From Alkanindiges illinoisensis DSM 15370 (GTDB lineage: Bacteria; Pseudomonadota; Gammaproteobacteria; Pseudomonadales; Moraxellaceae), in NCBI RefSeq assembly GCF_000619845.1, contig NZ_JHUX01000003.1:1720064-1752063 (forward strand): DNA of 32,000 bases, written 5' to 3'. Shown here piece by piece: positions 19,508-27,624 of this stretch. The notes beneath the pieces are model-generated. The model was not told the origin of the DNA, ran no database searches, and saw only the letters and a program-made list of their open reading frames with translations. Position numbers and translations under genes: made by a program. The first letter of the stretch is position 1; the number at the start of each line of letters is the position of its first letter.

Positions 19508-20608
19508 CTAACAAAATGTTAGGCCTCCATAGCAGTTGTCCACTGGAGTTTGTCCTAAATCTACTGCATCTAGATTTACTGGAATACCTAATGCACCGCT
19601 GCCCGCTTCAATCAAGCCTAATTGGACTTCCTGAGTAATCGTTAAATTACTAACCTGAGTTTCAGGAATAGATAACCACCAACCCTTCTGTGCTGCTGTG
19701 GTATTCCAAGTGCCATCCCCCACCTTTTGCCAATTTATAGCTTGACTCTGTAATGATAAATACGCATTGCTAGTCGCTGTACCATCAGCATTAGCTACAA
19801 TCAACTGGTGTACAGTACTATAAGGAATGTTATTCATGTTTACATTGGATAATGTTAAACCTAATAAGCTTGAAGAAGCTTTCGCACTCATGCCAGTCAA
19901 ATTAAAGCTAGAACTACGATTGGCTAACAATGTGGTTGCATAATTTGCTACAGTTGCAGAACCACTTAAAGCCAGCTGACACCCTCCAAAAAGCTGGAAA
20001 GTACAAGCTTTTACATTATTTAATACAGCATTTGTTACTGTGACACCAATATCACCACTTAAGCTATTAATACCTGTATCATCACTTAATGATGCTGTAT
20101 TGGCATTACTACCGAAACTCATCTTGCCTAATGCTGATAAAGCGCCTAAACGCAGGCCTACCATTTCACGTGTAGATGCAGAATCAGGATTTTTAATGGC
20201 AAATTCAATAAAAGGATTATTTAATAAAAAGTCAGTGCCTGGCCCAGAATCAGTATCACTTGTTGCATCAACCCCGGTAAGACGTACCTGGTCAATGTCA
20301 ATATCACAGCCAACGCCTTTGGAGCCACCACAGCCTAACTGTAACTTATTAACGTTGGCATTTAGTGCAATTTCACCTTCAACGCCCAATCGATAAAATC
20401 CTATATCTGTATTAGGATTACTTGACTGATTTGGTGCAATATAATTTAAATTTAGTAATCCCTGACCTGTTTCTTGGGAAAGCTCATCATCATTTAATAG
20501 TTTTAAGTTTGATGCTGCGTAACACTCTACTGCAAGCATACTTAAGCTCAAAGTGATACTACTCATTATTATTGTACGACTTAACATTACTGACTTAATA
20601 CCAGACAT
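19508..20608 (-). CDS. Secreted G/N/S/T-rich protein, paralog D (366 aa from ATG 20608); possibly FilD-like
   Basis: The track ORF starts at TTG 20623. The ATG at 20608 is preceded by GAAGGAAAC. Signal peptide MSGIKSVMLSRTIIMSSITLSLSMLAVECYA|ASNLKLLNDDELSQETGQGLL. Shares NPFIEFAIKNPDSASTREMVGLRLG and GWWL blocks with E and F. Ends in NCYGGLTFC-COOH. Confidence 0.85.
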   Translation of the reverse strand: MSGIKSVMLSRTIIMSSITLSLSMLAVECYAASNLKLLNDDELSQETGQGLLNLNYIAPNQSSNPNTDIGFYRLGVEGEIALNANVNKLQLGCGGSKGVGCDIDIDQVRLTGVDATSDTDSGPGTDFLLNNPFIEFAIKNPDSASTREMVGLRLGALSALGKMSFGSNANTASLSDDTGINSLSGDIGVTVTNAVLNNVKACTFQLFGGCQLALSGSATVANYATTLLANRSSSFNLTGMSAKASSSLLGLTLSNVNMNNIPYSTVHQLIVANADGTATSNAYLSLQSQAINWQKVGDGTWNTTAAQKGWWLSIPETQVSNLTITQEVQLGLIEAGSGALGIPVNLDAVDLGQTPVDNCYGGLTFC

Positions 20609-20805
20609 GTTTCCTTCATCCAATGTTCCATCTGACGAGTGATATTAGGGCAGGAACTTGTACTAAAGGTGGACTCATGCTGCCGTATTGTTTAGCTTAA
20701 GTAAAATTTATCCATTTATGATTCATATTTCCTAAATTAAGCAGATTTATTGAAAAAATATTCATTCTAATGAGTAAATAATATTATAGAAATTAATTAT
20801 ATAAC

Positions 20806-20841
20806 TGTTAAAAATAAAGCCGAATCTTTATAGATCCGGCT
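20806..20841 (-). terminator. Rho-independent terminator after the 772-aa gene
   Basis: Minus-strand RNA: AGCCGGAUC-UAUAAA-GAUUCGGCU, a 9-bp stem with one G-U pair, followed by UUAUUUUUAAC. It lies 25 nt after the stop codon. Confidence 0.6.
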
Positions 20842-20865
20842 CATATAAAATTAGAAATCTAGAAT

Positions 20866-23184
20866 TTAATTACGCGGAACAATTGTCATATTGGCATTTA
20901 ATCTACCGCCAGTAATGACCATCTCGCCTAAACGCTGAGCATTTCCACCGGAAGGATACATATTAATATCTTTTACACGGAAAACTTCTGTAGCTAGTTT
21001 ATTTGGATTAAAATTAAGACCAAAATTAAAGCCAACATTATCCTTGTTAACTACAATGGCATTATCAAAACCAATTCTACCTGATAGGTTATCCAATCCC
21101 AGAATCGAACCGTCAACTGGTTCTACAATCTGTATTGCACCACTATCTACCAAATAGGAACCAACAAATCCTAAACGGTTAGCTCCATCTTGTGGGCCTG
21201 AAAGAGAACCTGCTTCACTAGGAACCAAAGCAAAATTCATATCTCCATTTAGTTTAATTTTCAAACCAAACAGTACATCAGTTTTCTGAAGGAAATTATT
21301 AATTGGCGAATAATAGTTCGTACCCACTGTTTTAGATTTTGCGCCTGGTAAATAACCTGCAGCAATCTCTGCCGACATCGCCATCAATAAATTGGGTAAT
21401 TTTACGTTCAATTTGCCATTTTCTACGCCAATACTACCGTATCCTTTGAGATACATATCAATATTACGCAACCCAAAATAATAATCGGTTGGATTATTAC
21501 CATCATTGGCATTTGGCCCACCATCAATCAAAAAGATAGATGTGGTTTTACTTCCGGCAATTGCACCATTGGCATCCAAACCAGTACTACCTACTTCCTT
21601 ATTGACACCTTGTGTACTCAATGCAGCTGCAAAACCCAAGCGCTCAGAATTTGTAACACTTGTGCCATCTGGCAACAAACCAGTATAGGTTGTTCCATAG
21701 GTAGCAATATTGGCATTTAAATTATAGATTGGTAAGCCAATACCCCACTGCCCTACAGTGGTGGTTGGTATATTTGCAGCACCAGTAATATCATTACTTG
21801 CAATAAAACGTGCTTGCCGTGCTAACGCCTGGAACTCAAGACCACGGACACCTATAACCACGCTATATGGATTAGTAGCATCACCATGTATTTGCTGGGT
21901 ATAGTCAGTTGTTTTTGTTAAGTAATCACTATTACCAATTTTGGATGTATTTAGGACATCGTTGGCAGGCATGTTCAAAGTTTTTGTATTTGCAAGATTA
22001 ATATACACATCGCCACTGTCAAAATATGCACGACCTGTATTTAACCCACCATTAACTGCTGTACGTGTTAAGAGCGGTGTTAATTTACCAAATTCCACAC
22101 CATACGCATTCTTACCTGCACCGCCCAACTCTAATGTAGTAGGTGATCCGCCCCCTGCATCTGCAGCATCCCGTGTAAATTCACCTTTCATTCTTATTGC
22201 AATACCAGTACTGCCAATAATACTGGCATTGGTACCACTGGTCGGGCTAGTTGCATTATTAGATGCAAACCCTAGAGCAGGATTTGCTACATCTCGTGCA
22301 TCAGTACCACGAACAACTAAATAAGCATTTTTCATGCGGCCACTAGCACCCGCACGAATAATTCCTTTGGCATTATCTGTATTATAAGTACCAGCAGTTA
22401 CATTGGACTTATGCATAAACTCAAGATTTAAACCAGAGTTCGTTCCTCCAAAAGTACCACCTGTATATTGAGGATCATTAACCCGAGTAAAATCAACATA
22501 CCCGGTTGAACCTGTTTGTAAGCGTAAACCTCCAGAATCGCTAACAAACATATTACCTTTACCATAGAAATTAAAATTAAAATTTCTCATAATCAACTGA
22601 TTGGTAACACTTGCGCTTTGTTTCTGACCCAAGTAAATATTGATATTTCTTAGGCCCAAGGTTAATTCAGCCTGGCCAGCTTCACTAAATAAACCATTTT
22701 GGCTATTTAAATGAAACTGTACGGGTGTGCTGGACTGGATTGCCATGCTACCAATACTGGGGCCACAGTTCCCACCTGATCCATTACAGATCTGAAAACT
22801 ATCAGCAGCTACAGTACCTAAGGTTGAATTTACATCCAGATCTATACCAGCTGTAGTCCCGTTACTACCCGTATTAATCTTAATTTCTGTTCCGATTTTT
22901 TGTCCTGCAACAGCCGGCGTAATAGAAATGCCATTGGCATAACCGCGCAAGGTTTCTTCAGTATTTCCGGCAGTACCGGTTTTATCTTCCCAATACACCT
23001 TATCAACATCAATTCGGTCATATTCAGTGCCAATATAGATGCCATCCTGACCATCTATTTTGCGCATATCCTGTTCATTCATTTCCTGTAACGCGTACGC
23101 AGGCAGCTGCATTATCATTAAACTGCTGGCTAAAGTAGATAATGCAAATTTGCGAGAAGTTACATTTTTAAATGTCATGGCCAT
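20866..23184 (-). CDS. Large secreted/outer-surface protein C (772 aa), unknown function; possibly FilC-like
   Basis: Signal peptide MAMTFKNVTSRKFALSTLASSLMIMQLPAYA|LQEMNEQDMRKIDGQDGIY. G/N/T/S-rich with alternating beta-like patterns. Only two Cys, in ICNGSGGNC. Starts 20 nt after gene B. Confidence 0.85.
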   Translation of the reverse strand: MAMTFKNVTSRKFALSTLASSLMIMQLPAYALQEMNEQDMRKIDGQDGIYIGTEYDRIDVDKVYWEDKTGTAGNTEETLRGYANGISITPAVAGQKIGTEIKINTGSNGTTAGIDLDVNSTLGTVAADSFQICNGSGGNCGPSIGSMAIQSSTPVQFHLNSQNGLFSEAGQAELTLGLRNINIYLGQKQSASVTNQLIMRNFNFNFYGKGNMFVSDSGGLRLQTGSTGYVDFTRVNDPQYTGGTFGGTNSGLNLEFMHKSNVTAGTYNTDNAKGIIRAGASGRMKNAYLVVRGTDARDVANPALGFASNNATSPTSGTNASIIGSTGIAIRMKGEFTRDAADAGGGSPTTLELGGAGKNAYGVEFGKLTPLLTRTAVNGGLNTGRAYFDSGDVYINLANTKTLNMPANDVLNTSKIGNSDYLTKTTDYTQQIHGDATNPYSVVIGVRGLEFQALARQARFIASNDITGAANIPTTTVGQWGIGLPIYNLNANIATYGTTYTGLLPDGTSVTNSERLGFAAALSTQGVNKEVGSTGLDANGAIAGSKTTSIFLIDGGPNANDGNNPTDYYFGLRNIDMYLKGYGSIGVENGKLNVKLPNLLMAMSAEIAAGYLPGAKSKTVGTNYYSPINNFLQKTDVLFGLKIKLNGDMNFALVPSEAGSLSGPQDGANRLGFVGSYLVDSGAIQIVEPVDGSILGLDNLSGRIGFDNAIVVNKDNVGFNFGLNFNPNKLATEVFRVKDINMYPSGGNAQRLGEMVITGGRLNANMTIVPRN

Positions 23185-23204
23185 AATCCCTGAACCAATA
23201 TTTA

Positions 23205-23801
23205 TTAACAGCGTGGATGAGAACTGTCACAACTGAATATTTTGATAGTACCTGCTACTGAAAGATTGCCGTTAATCATCAGGCCGGTAAAACCCTTTTC
23301 GCGATTGGCATCAAATCCTGCAGTTGTATATGTCCCTGTGGCCAAATAGCCAGGAATATTACCTGCCCCTTCATTCGCAACGGTATCTGTTTCAATAGAC
23401 ACTGAATTAAAGCCAACATTACGGAACTGAATCGGTTTTAATGGATTAAAACTTAACTGGATAGCAGGTTTAACGGTCGAACCGTAAATAAGGTCAACAC
23501 CATCCAGTGCAACTTGTTGAATATTAATCGTCCCCTGAATCCCTTTAAACACTAGCCAAAGCTTTTTTCCATCAGTCGTAGAACGATTATTTAATGCAAT
23601 ACCCAGACGACAGAATTTTAGGTCACTACATAACGTGGTATCAAAAACGCCAGGACTAGACTGGTTCAAGGATAAATTCAAACTGATATCTGCACCTGCC
23701 TGCCCTTCAACTTGCTGCAAGTCGGTATTATTCAGTGGCTCAAGTGCAGCATTCACTGAAGCTGACAGCAATAAAGAAGATAATAAAATTACGGTTTTCA
23801 T
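23205..23801 (-). CDS. Small secreted protein B (198 aa), unknown function; possibly FilB-like
   Basis: Signal peptide MKTVILLSSLLLSASVNA|ALEPLNNTDLQQVEGQAGADI. AAGGA SD 7 nt upstream. Cys pairs LCSDLKFC and terminal SCDSSHPRC-COOH. Starts 9 nt after gene A. Confidence 0.85.
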   Translation of the reverse strand: MKTVILLSSLLLSASVNAALEPLNNTDLQQVEGQAGADISLNLSLNQSSPGVFDTTLCSDLKFCRLGIALNNRSTTDGKKLWLVFKGIQGTINIQQVALDGVDLIYGSTVKPAIQLSFNPLKPIQFRNVGFNSVSIETDTVANEGAGNIPGYLATGTYTTAGFDANREKGFTGLMINGNLSVAGTIKIFSCDSSHPRC

Positions 23802-23810
23802 CTTATATCC

Positions 23811-25202
23811 TTATAAGCCTTTAGTCGTAAACTTCAGATGCTGAATCAACAAGCCATCAATGACTGCTGAACCTAAATTGGTAGTTGTGCCTGTACCATT
23901 ACTAAAGGTAATTCCTTTTGCATCGGCAGCGGTGCTGGCAGTGATTGTCCGACTGGTATTGTTATAAACCACATCACCCATGGTAATACTACTATGAGTA
24001 GCATTATTGCCCTGGTAGGTTGCATTAGCCACACCATCAACCTTACTGCCACAGTAAAACTGACTACAGGTTGAACCTAAGTAAGTAGTATCTGCAGGGT
24101 TGGCATAATTGGTATAAATCTGATTATAAATACTTGCCTTATTTGGAATTCTGGCAATTTCCAAAGTAATATTTTGCCCATCAGTGCCTAGTACCAGTGG
24201 CTGATATAAACTACCCAGTACTAAGTTAATATTGGGTTTATAAATATAAATACCTTCCTTGTCATTAAAGGTTGGTGCAACGCCGCCATTAATAGCTGGT
24301 GTATCCAATAAACCTGAATTACTTGAAGTAGCTGTTTCCTGGGTACTCAAACGTAAAACGCCAGCATCATTACTATTAAAGCGTAATAAACCTGATAAGC
24401 CTAAGGTATTGTTATAAAATGTACTCATTCCACCAGTGTTAGTTGCTCCACCAAGCGTTTGGAACATTTTTATATTGCTGCCATTAATACTTAATCCGTC
24501 CCAGATCGCCTGTAACCGGAGACGGTTGGCACGGCCAGCTCCACCAAGATTAAATTGTGTGCCTGTTGCGCTCATATTTTCAACAACGCTGGGATCTCGC
24601 ACAAATGCATCAGCCCAAAAACCCAGTTTCAGGTTATAGGCACTTTTTTCAGCATCCGAAAGGCCAGCAATATTGGCATGGTATAGTGGTGCTTCCAGAT
24701 TTAAATAACTTACGCTATAGGTGCCACTGTCTGTTGTGGAAAAATTAGGAATACCACTATCTGTAGTTACTTTCAAAAGCCATGGGTTGATGGCACTTCC
24801 CCATGAATCAATTGTTCTGGAAAATCTGGAGTTTGTATCGGTACTATCTCGTGCTGCATTATAGGCTTTGTTAGACTGAGAAATTGCCAAACCATACATA
24901 AAGACATCGGCTTTACCCGCACCACTGGCAGCAGCGGTAGCGGTTAAAGGACCTACAGGAATCAGGCGAATATAACCAGTATCATAAGTGCCAGCGCCAC
25001 TATTATTTGTATCAGCACCATTTAAACGTATTGAGGCATTTTCTGGCAAAAAAGCAATCCCTTCACCTGTAGAATCGGCCAGACTATCATCATCCAGTGC
25101 TTCAAGTGCAAAACCACGAGACGACATTAAAGAAAGGCCGATGGATAGTGCCAACGCACTGAGTCTAAAACCAGATTTAACGCGTAAACGTAGATGAGAC
25201 AT
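23811..25202 (-). CDS. Secreted protein A (463 aa), unknown function; possibly FilA-like
   Basis: Signal peptide MSHLRLRVKSGFRLSALALSIGLSLMSSRGFA|LEALDDDSLADSTGEGIAF. GAAGGAAGG SD upstream. N/G/S/T-rich with a single Cys pair, TCSQFYC. Confidence 0.85.
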   Translation of the reverse strand: MSHLRLRVKSGFRLSALALSIGLSLMSSRGFALEALDDDSLADSTGEGIAFLPENASIRLNGADTNNSGAGTYDTGYIRLIPVGPLTATAAASGAGKADVFMYGLAISQSNKAYNAARDSTDTNSRFSRTIDSWGSAINPWLLKVTTDSGIPNFSTTDSGTYSVSYLNLEAPLYHANIAGLSDAEKSAYNLKLGFWADAFVRDPSVVENMSATGTQFNLGGAGRANRLRLQAIWDGLSINGSNIKMFQTLGGATNTGGMSTFYNNTLGLSGLLRFNSNDAGVLRLSTQETATSSNSGLLDTPAINGGVAPTFNDKEGIYIYKPNINLVLGSLYQPLVLGTDGQNITLEIARIPNKASIYNQIYTNYANPADTTYLGSTCSQFYCGSKVDGVANATYQGNNATHSSITMGDVVYNNTSRTITASTAADAKGITFSNGTGTTTNLGSAVIDGLLIQHLKFTTKGL

Positions 25203-25520
25203 GCTACCTAGCCTTCCTTCTTAATTGCCATACTGCATTAAAGCAGTTCAATCCTCTTGGTCCTCATACATCAAAGGTATTATTATTGTTCCTTTTGATG
25301 TCTATAGTACGGTATACAGTACTACACTTTATATTATGAGGCTTATTTGGCAAAATGCAAAAATGTTTTGCTGATCGCTTTAATTTAAGCAGTCTTTTGT
25401 TTTTACTTTCAAAATTAATTTCATTAAAAACAATATCTTAATTAACATAACCGCTCGTCGGGTTATTTTTCCATCTATCCTTGAAGCTAATATAGAAAGA
25501 GTTTTCTTAAAACTCCCTTA

Positions 25521-25555
25521 AAATAAGGGGGTGAATGTATGGTATCACCACCCTT
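25521..25555 (-). terminator. Possible weak terminator hairpin after dcd
   Basis: Minus strand: AAGGGTGGTGA...TCACCCCCTT (one bulge) followed by ATTTTAAGG. The stem is imperfect and the U-tract is short. Confidence 0.4.
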
Positions 25556-25582
25556 ACTTCTTATCACTACACTGGTCAAGGA

Positions 25583-26152
25583 TCAGGCTTTAGGTAAAGT
25601 TACCCCAATCTGCCCCTGATACTTGCCGCCACGGTCTTTATAGCTGGTTTCACAAACTTCATCACTTTCGAAAAACAGCATTTGTGCCACGCCTTCACCT
25701 GCATAAATACGTGCTGGCAGGTTGGTGGTATTGGAAAACTCCAGTGTGACATGGCCTTCCCACTCTGGCTCTAGTGGTGTGACATTTACAATAATACCGC
25801 AGCGCGCATAGGTAGACTTGCCAAGACAAATGGTGAGTACATTACGTGGAATGCGGAAGTATTCAACGGTACGTGCCAAGGCAAAAGAGTTAGGTGGAAT
25901 GATACAAACATCGGATTCAATATCAATAAAGCTTTTTTCGTCAAAATTCTTGGGATCGACAATGGCTGAATGTACATTGGTGAAGACTTTAAACTCACGC
26001 GCACAGCGCACATCGTAGCCATAACTGGACACACCATAAGAAATCAGCTTTTGTCCATTGCCATCCAGACGCACCTGATTGTCGGCATAGGGTTCAATCA
26101 TGCCATGTTTTTCGCTCATTTCACGAATCCAGCGATCCGATTTAATGCTCAT
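25583..26152 (-). CDS. dcd: dCTP deaminase
   Basis: 189 aa. [22 protein letters not shown]...[17 protein letters not shown]...[33 protein letters not shown] is full-length Dcd and very close to my recollection of Acinetobacter Dcd. Confidence 0.95.
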   Translation of the reverse strand: MSIKSDRWIREMSEKHGMIEPYADNQVRLDGNGQKLISYGVSSYGYDVRCAREFKVFTNVHSAIVDPKNFDEKSFIDIESDVCIIPPNSFALARTVEYFRIPRNVLTICLGKSTYARCGIIVNVTPLEPEWEGHVTLEFSNTTNLPARIYAGEGVAQMLFFESDEVCETSYKDRGGKYQGQIGVTLPKA

Positions 26153-26251
26153 TGATTTTCCCAGATATGGTTTAAAAAATTGCGGCTACTTTACCTTAAA
26201 AAGCAGCCTGCAAAAAAGTGGTGGGTTAAAAATTCCTGCCCAAGCGATTCA

Positions 26252-27529
26252 TTAAAAAATGCGGTTACTATCTCGCTCGCGACTGGGAATTTTAGCTAGT
26301 TGCACCAGCATGGCCAGCGCAATGTCTTTATAGTGACTGGCAACGTTATCATTGGCACTGTCTTTTGCAATCACGCTGGGCGTGCCCCGATCTGCATTCT
26401 GGCGAATACTGGCGTTAAGCGGCAAACGACCCAATAAGGGCACCTGATAGGCAGCACTTAATTTATCACCGCCGCCTGTACCAAAGATTTCATCAGTATG
26501 GCCACAATTGGAACACACATGCGTGGACATATTTTCCACCACGCCCAGCACTGGAATATTGACTTTATTAAATAGTTCAATCCCTTTTTGCGCATCCATT
26601 AACGCCACATGCTGCGGTGTGGTGACAATTACAGCACCCGTTACTGGAATACGTTGCGCCAGTGTGAGTTGAATGTCACCTGTGCCCGGTGGCATATCAA
26701 TCAGCAGGTAATCCAGATCAGGCCATGCTGTCTGGTTAAACAGTTGCATTAGTGCGCCTGTTGCTTTGGGGCCGCGCCAAACAACAGGAGTGTTGTCGTC
26801 ACCCGTTAAGTTGCCAATGGACAACACCGCCATGCCAAACGCTTCTAATGGAATAAACTGCTCGTTTTCTATCAGCGGGGTTTTGCCTGCTGTGCCCAGC
26901 ATGGTTGGGACGCTTGGGCCATAAATATCAGCATCCAGCACGCCGACTTTGGCACCCGTTTGCTGCAAGGCTAATGCCAGGTTCACCGTCGTGGTGGACT
27001 TGCCTACACCGCCTTTACCTGACGCCACCACAATCACGTGTTTAATGCGTGGATGGGCTTGTAGCTGGCTTTGGGTGGGTGGTGCCGGACGCTTTGCGGT
27101 GAGTTGATCTTCTCGCTGTACGGCTTCACTGCGGCCTGCTTCAGCGTGTGCTGTTTGACGTTGAACAGCAGATTGGGCTTGTGCATTAGTCACTGGGGGT
27201 AAATTAACCTGGCTTTGCTGTTGTTGACTTCCACTGGCCTTTTGCGTCACAAAATGCAGGTTAAGCTCGCGAATGCCAGCTTTTTCCAGATCACTTGCCA
27301 GACTGTTATGTAACTGTTCAAAGTCAGCTTCTGAGGTGACCTGATAACCCGCTGGCAGCTTAAGCGTTAAGCCCAGCACATCATTTTGCTGCTGGCGCTG
27401 GGTAACTAGCGATAGAACAGTATGCTGGGTATTCGGTAAGTAATGGTTTTTGAGGATTTCATCAATCTGCGGATTTCCGAACTCAGCAAATGGCGCAAAT
27501 TCCATTTTAAAAGGTTTAAACCACGACAT
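26252..27529 (-). CDS. apbC: Fe-S cluster carrier ATPase ApbC/Mrp (425 aa from ATG 27529)
   Basis: Deviant Walker A VASGKGGVGKST, CxxC (CSNCGH), ParA/MinD fold. The track start TTG 27562 is less likely than ATG 27529, which has GGAG 8 nt upstream. Confidence 0.9.
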   Translation of the reverse strand: MSWFKPFKMEFAPFAEFGNPQIDEILKNHYLPNTQHTVLSLVTQRQQQNDVLGLTLKLPAGYQVTSEADFEQLHNSLASDLEKAGIRELNLHFVTQKASGSQQQQSQVNLPPVTNAQAQSAVQRQTAHAEAGRSEAVQREDQLTAKRPAPPTQSQLQAHPRIKHVIVVASGKGGVGKSTTTVNLALALQQTGAKVGVLDADIYGPSVPTMLGTAGKTPLIENEQFIPLEAFGMAVLSIGNLTGDDNTPVVWRGPKATGALMQLFNQTAWPDLDYLLIDMPPGTGDIQLTLAQRIPVTGAVIVTTPQHVALMDAQKGIELFNKVNIPVLGVVENMSTHVCSNCGHTDEIFGTGGGDKLSAAYQVPLLGRLPLNASIRQNADRGTPSVIAKDSANDNVASHYKDIALAMLVQLAKIPSRERDSNRIF

Positions 27530-27624
27530 AACGACAACTCCAAACAGGTCAACAGCGGGCAATTTTAGCGGTGAAGCATGTTATATTAACCGCTATCATA
27601 AGACTACCAAGAGAGTATAAGCCC

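Noticed and set aside
20866-23184. The 772-aa protein as a fimbrial usher, making the cluster a chaperone-usher pilus
   Set aside because: No PapD-like chaperone gene is present, and the subunit-like proteins are far larger than CU pilins. I could not recognise usher plug or barrel motifs by eye. It cannot be fully excluded without a profile search.
16322-25202. Reading the shared LxDxELxxxxGQxG motif as a double-glycine bacteriocin-type leader (LSxxELxxIxGG) cleaved by a C39 peptidase ABC exporter
   Set aside because: The resemblance is real. However, the motif follows a normal Sec signal peptide, the proteins are 200-770 aa rather than peptides, position -1 is Q/E rather than G, and no C39/ABC transporter is nearby. 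I keep it only as a curiosity.
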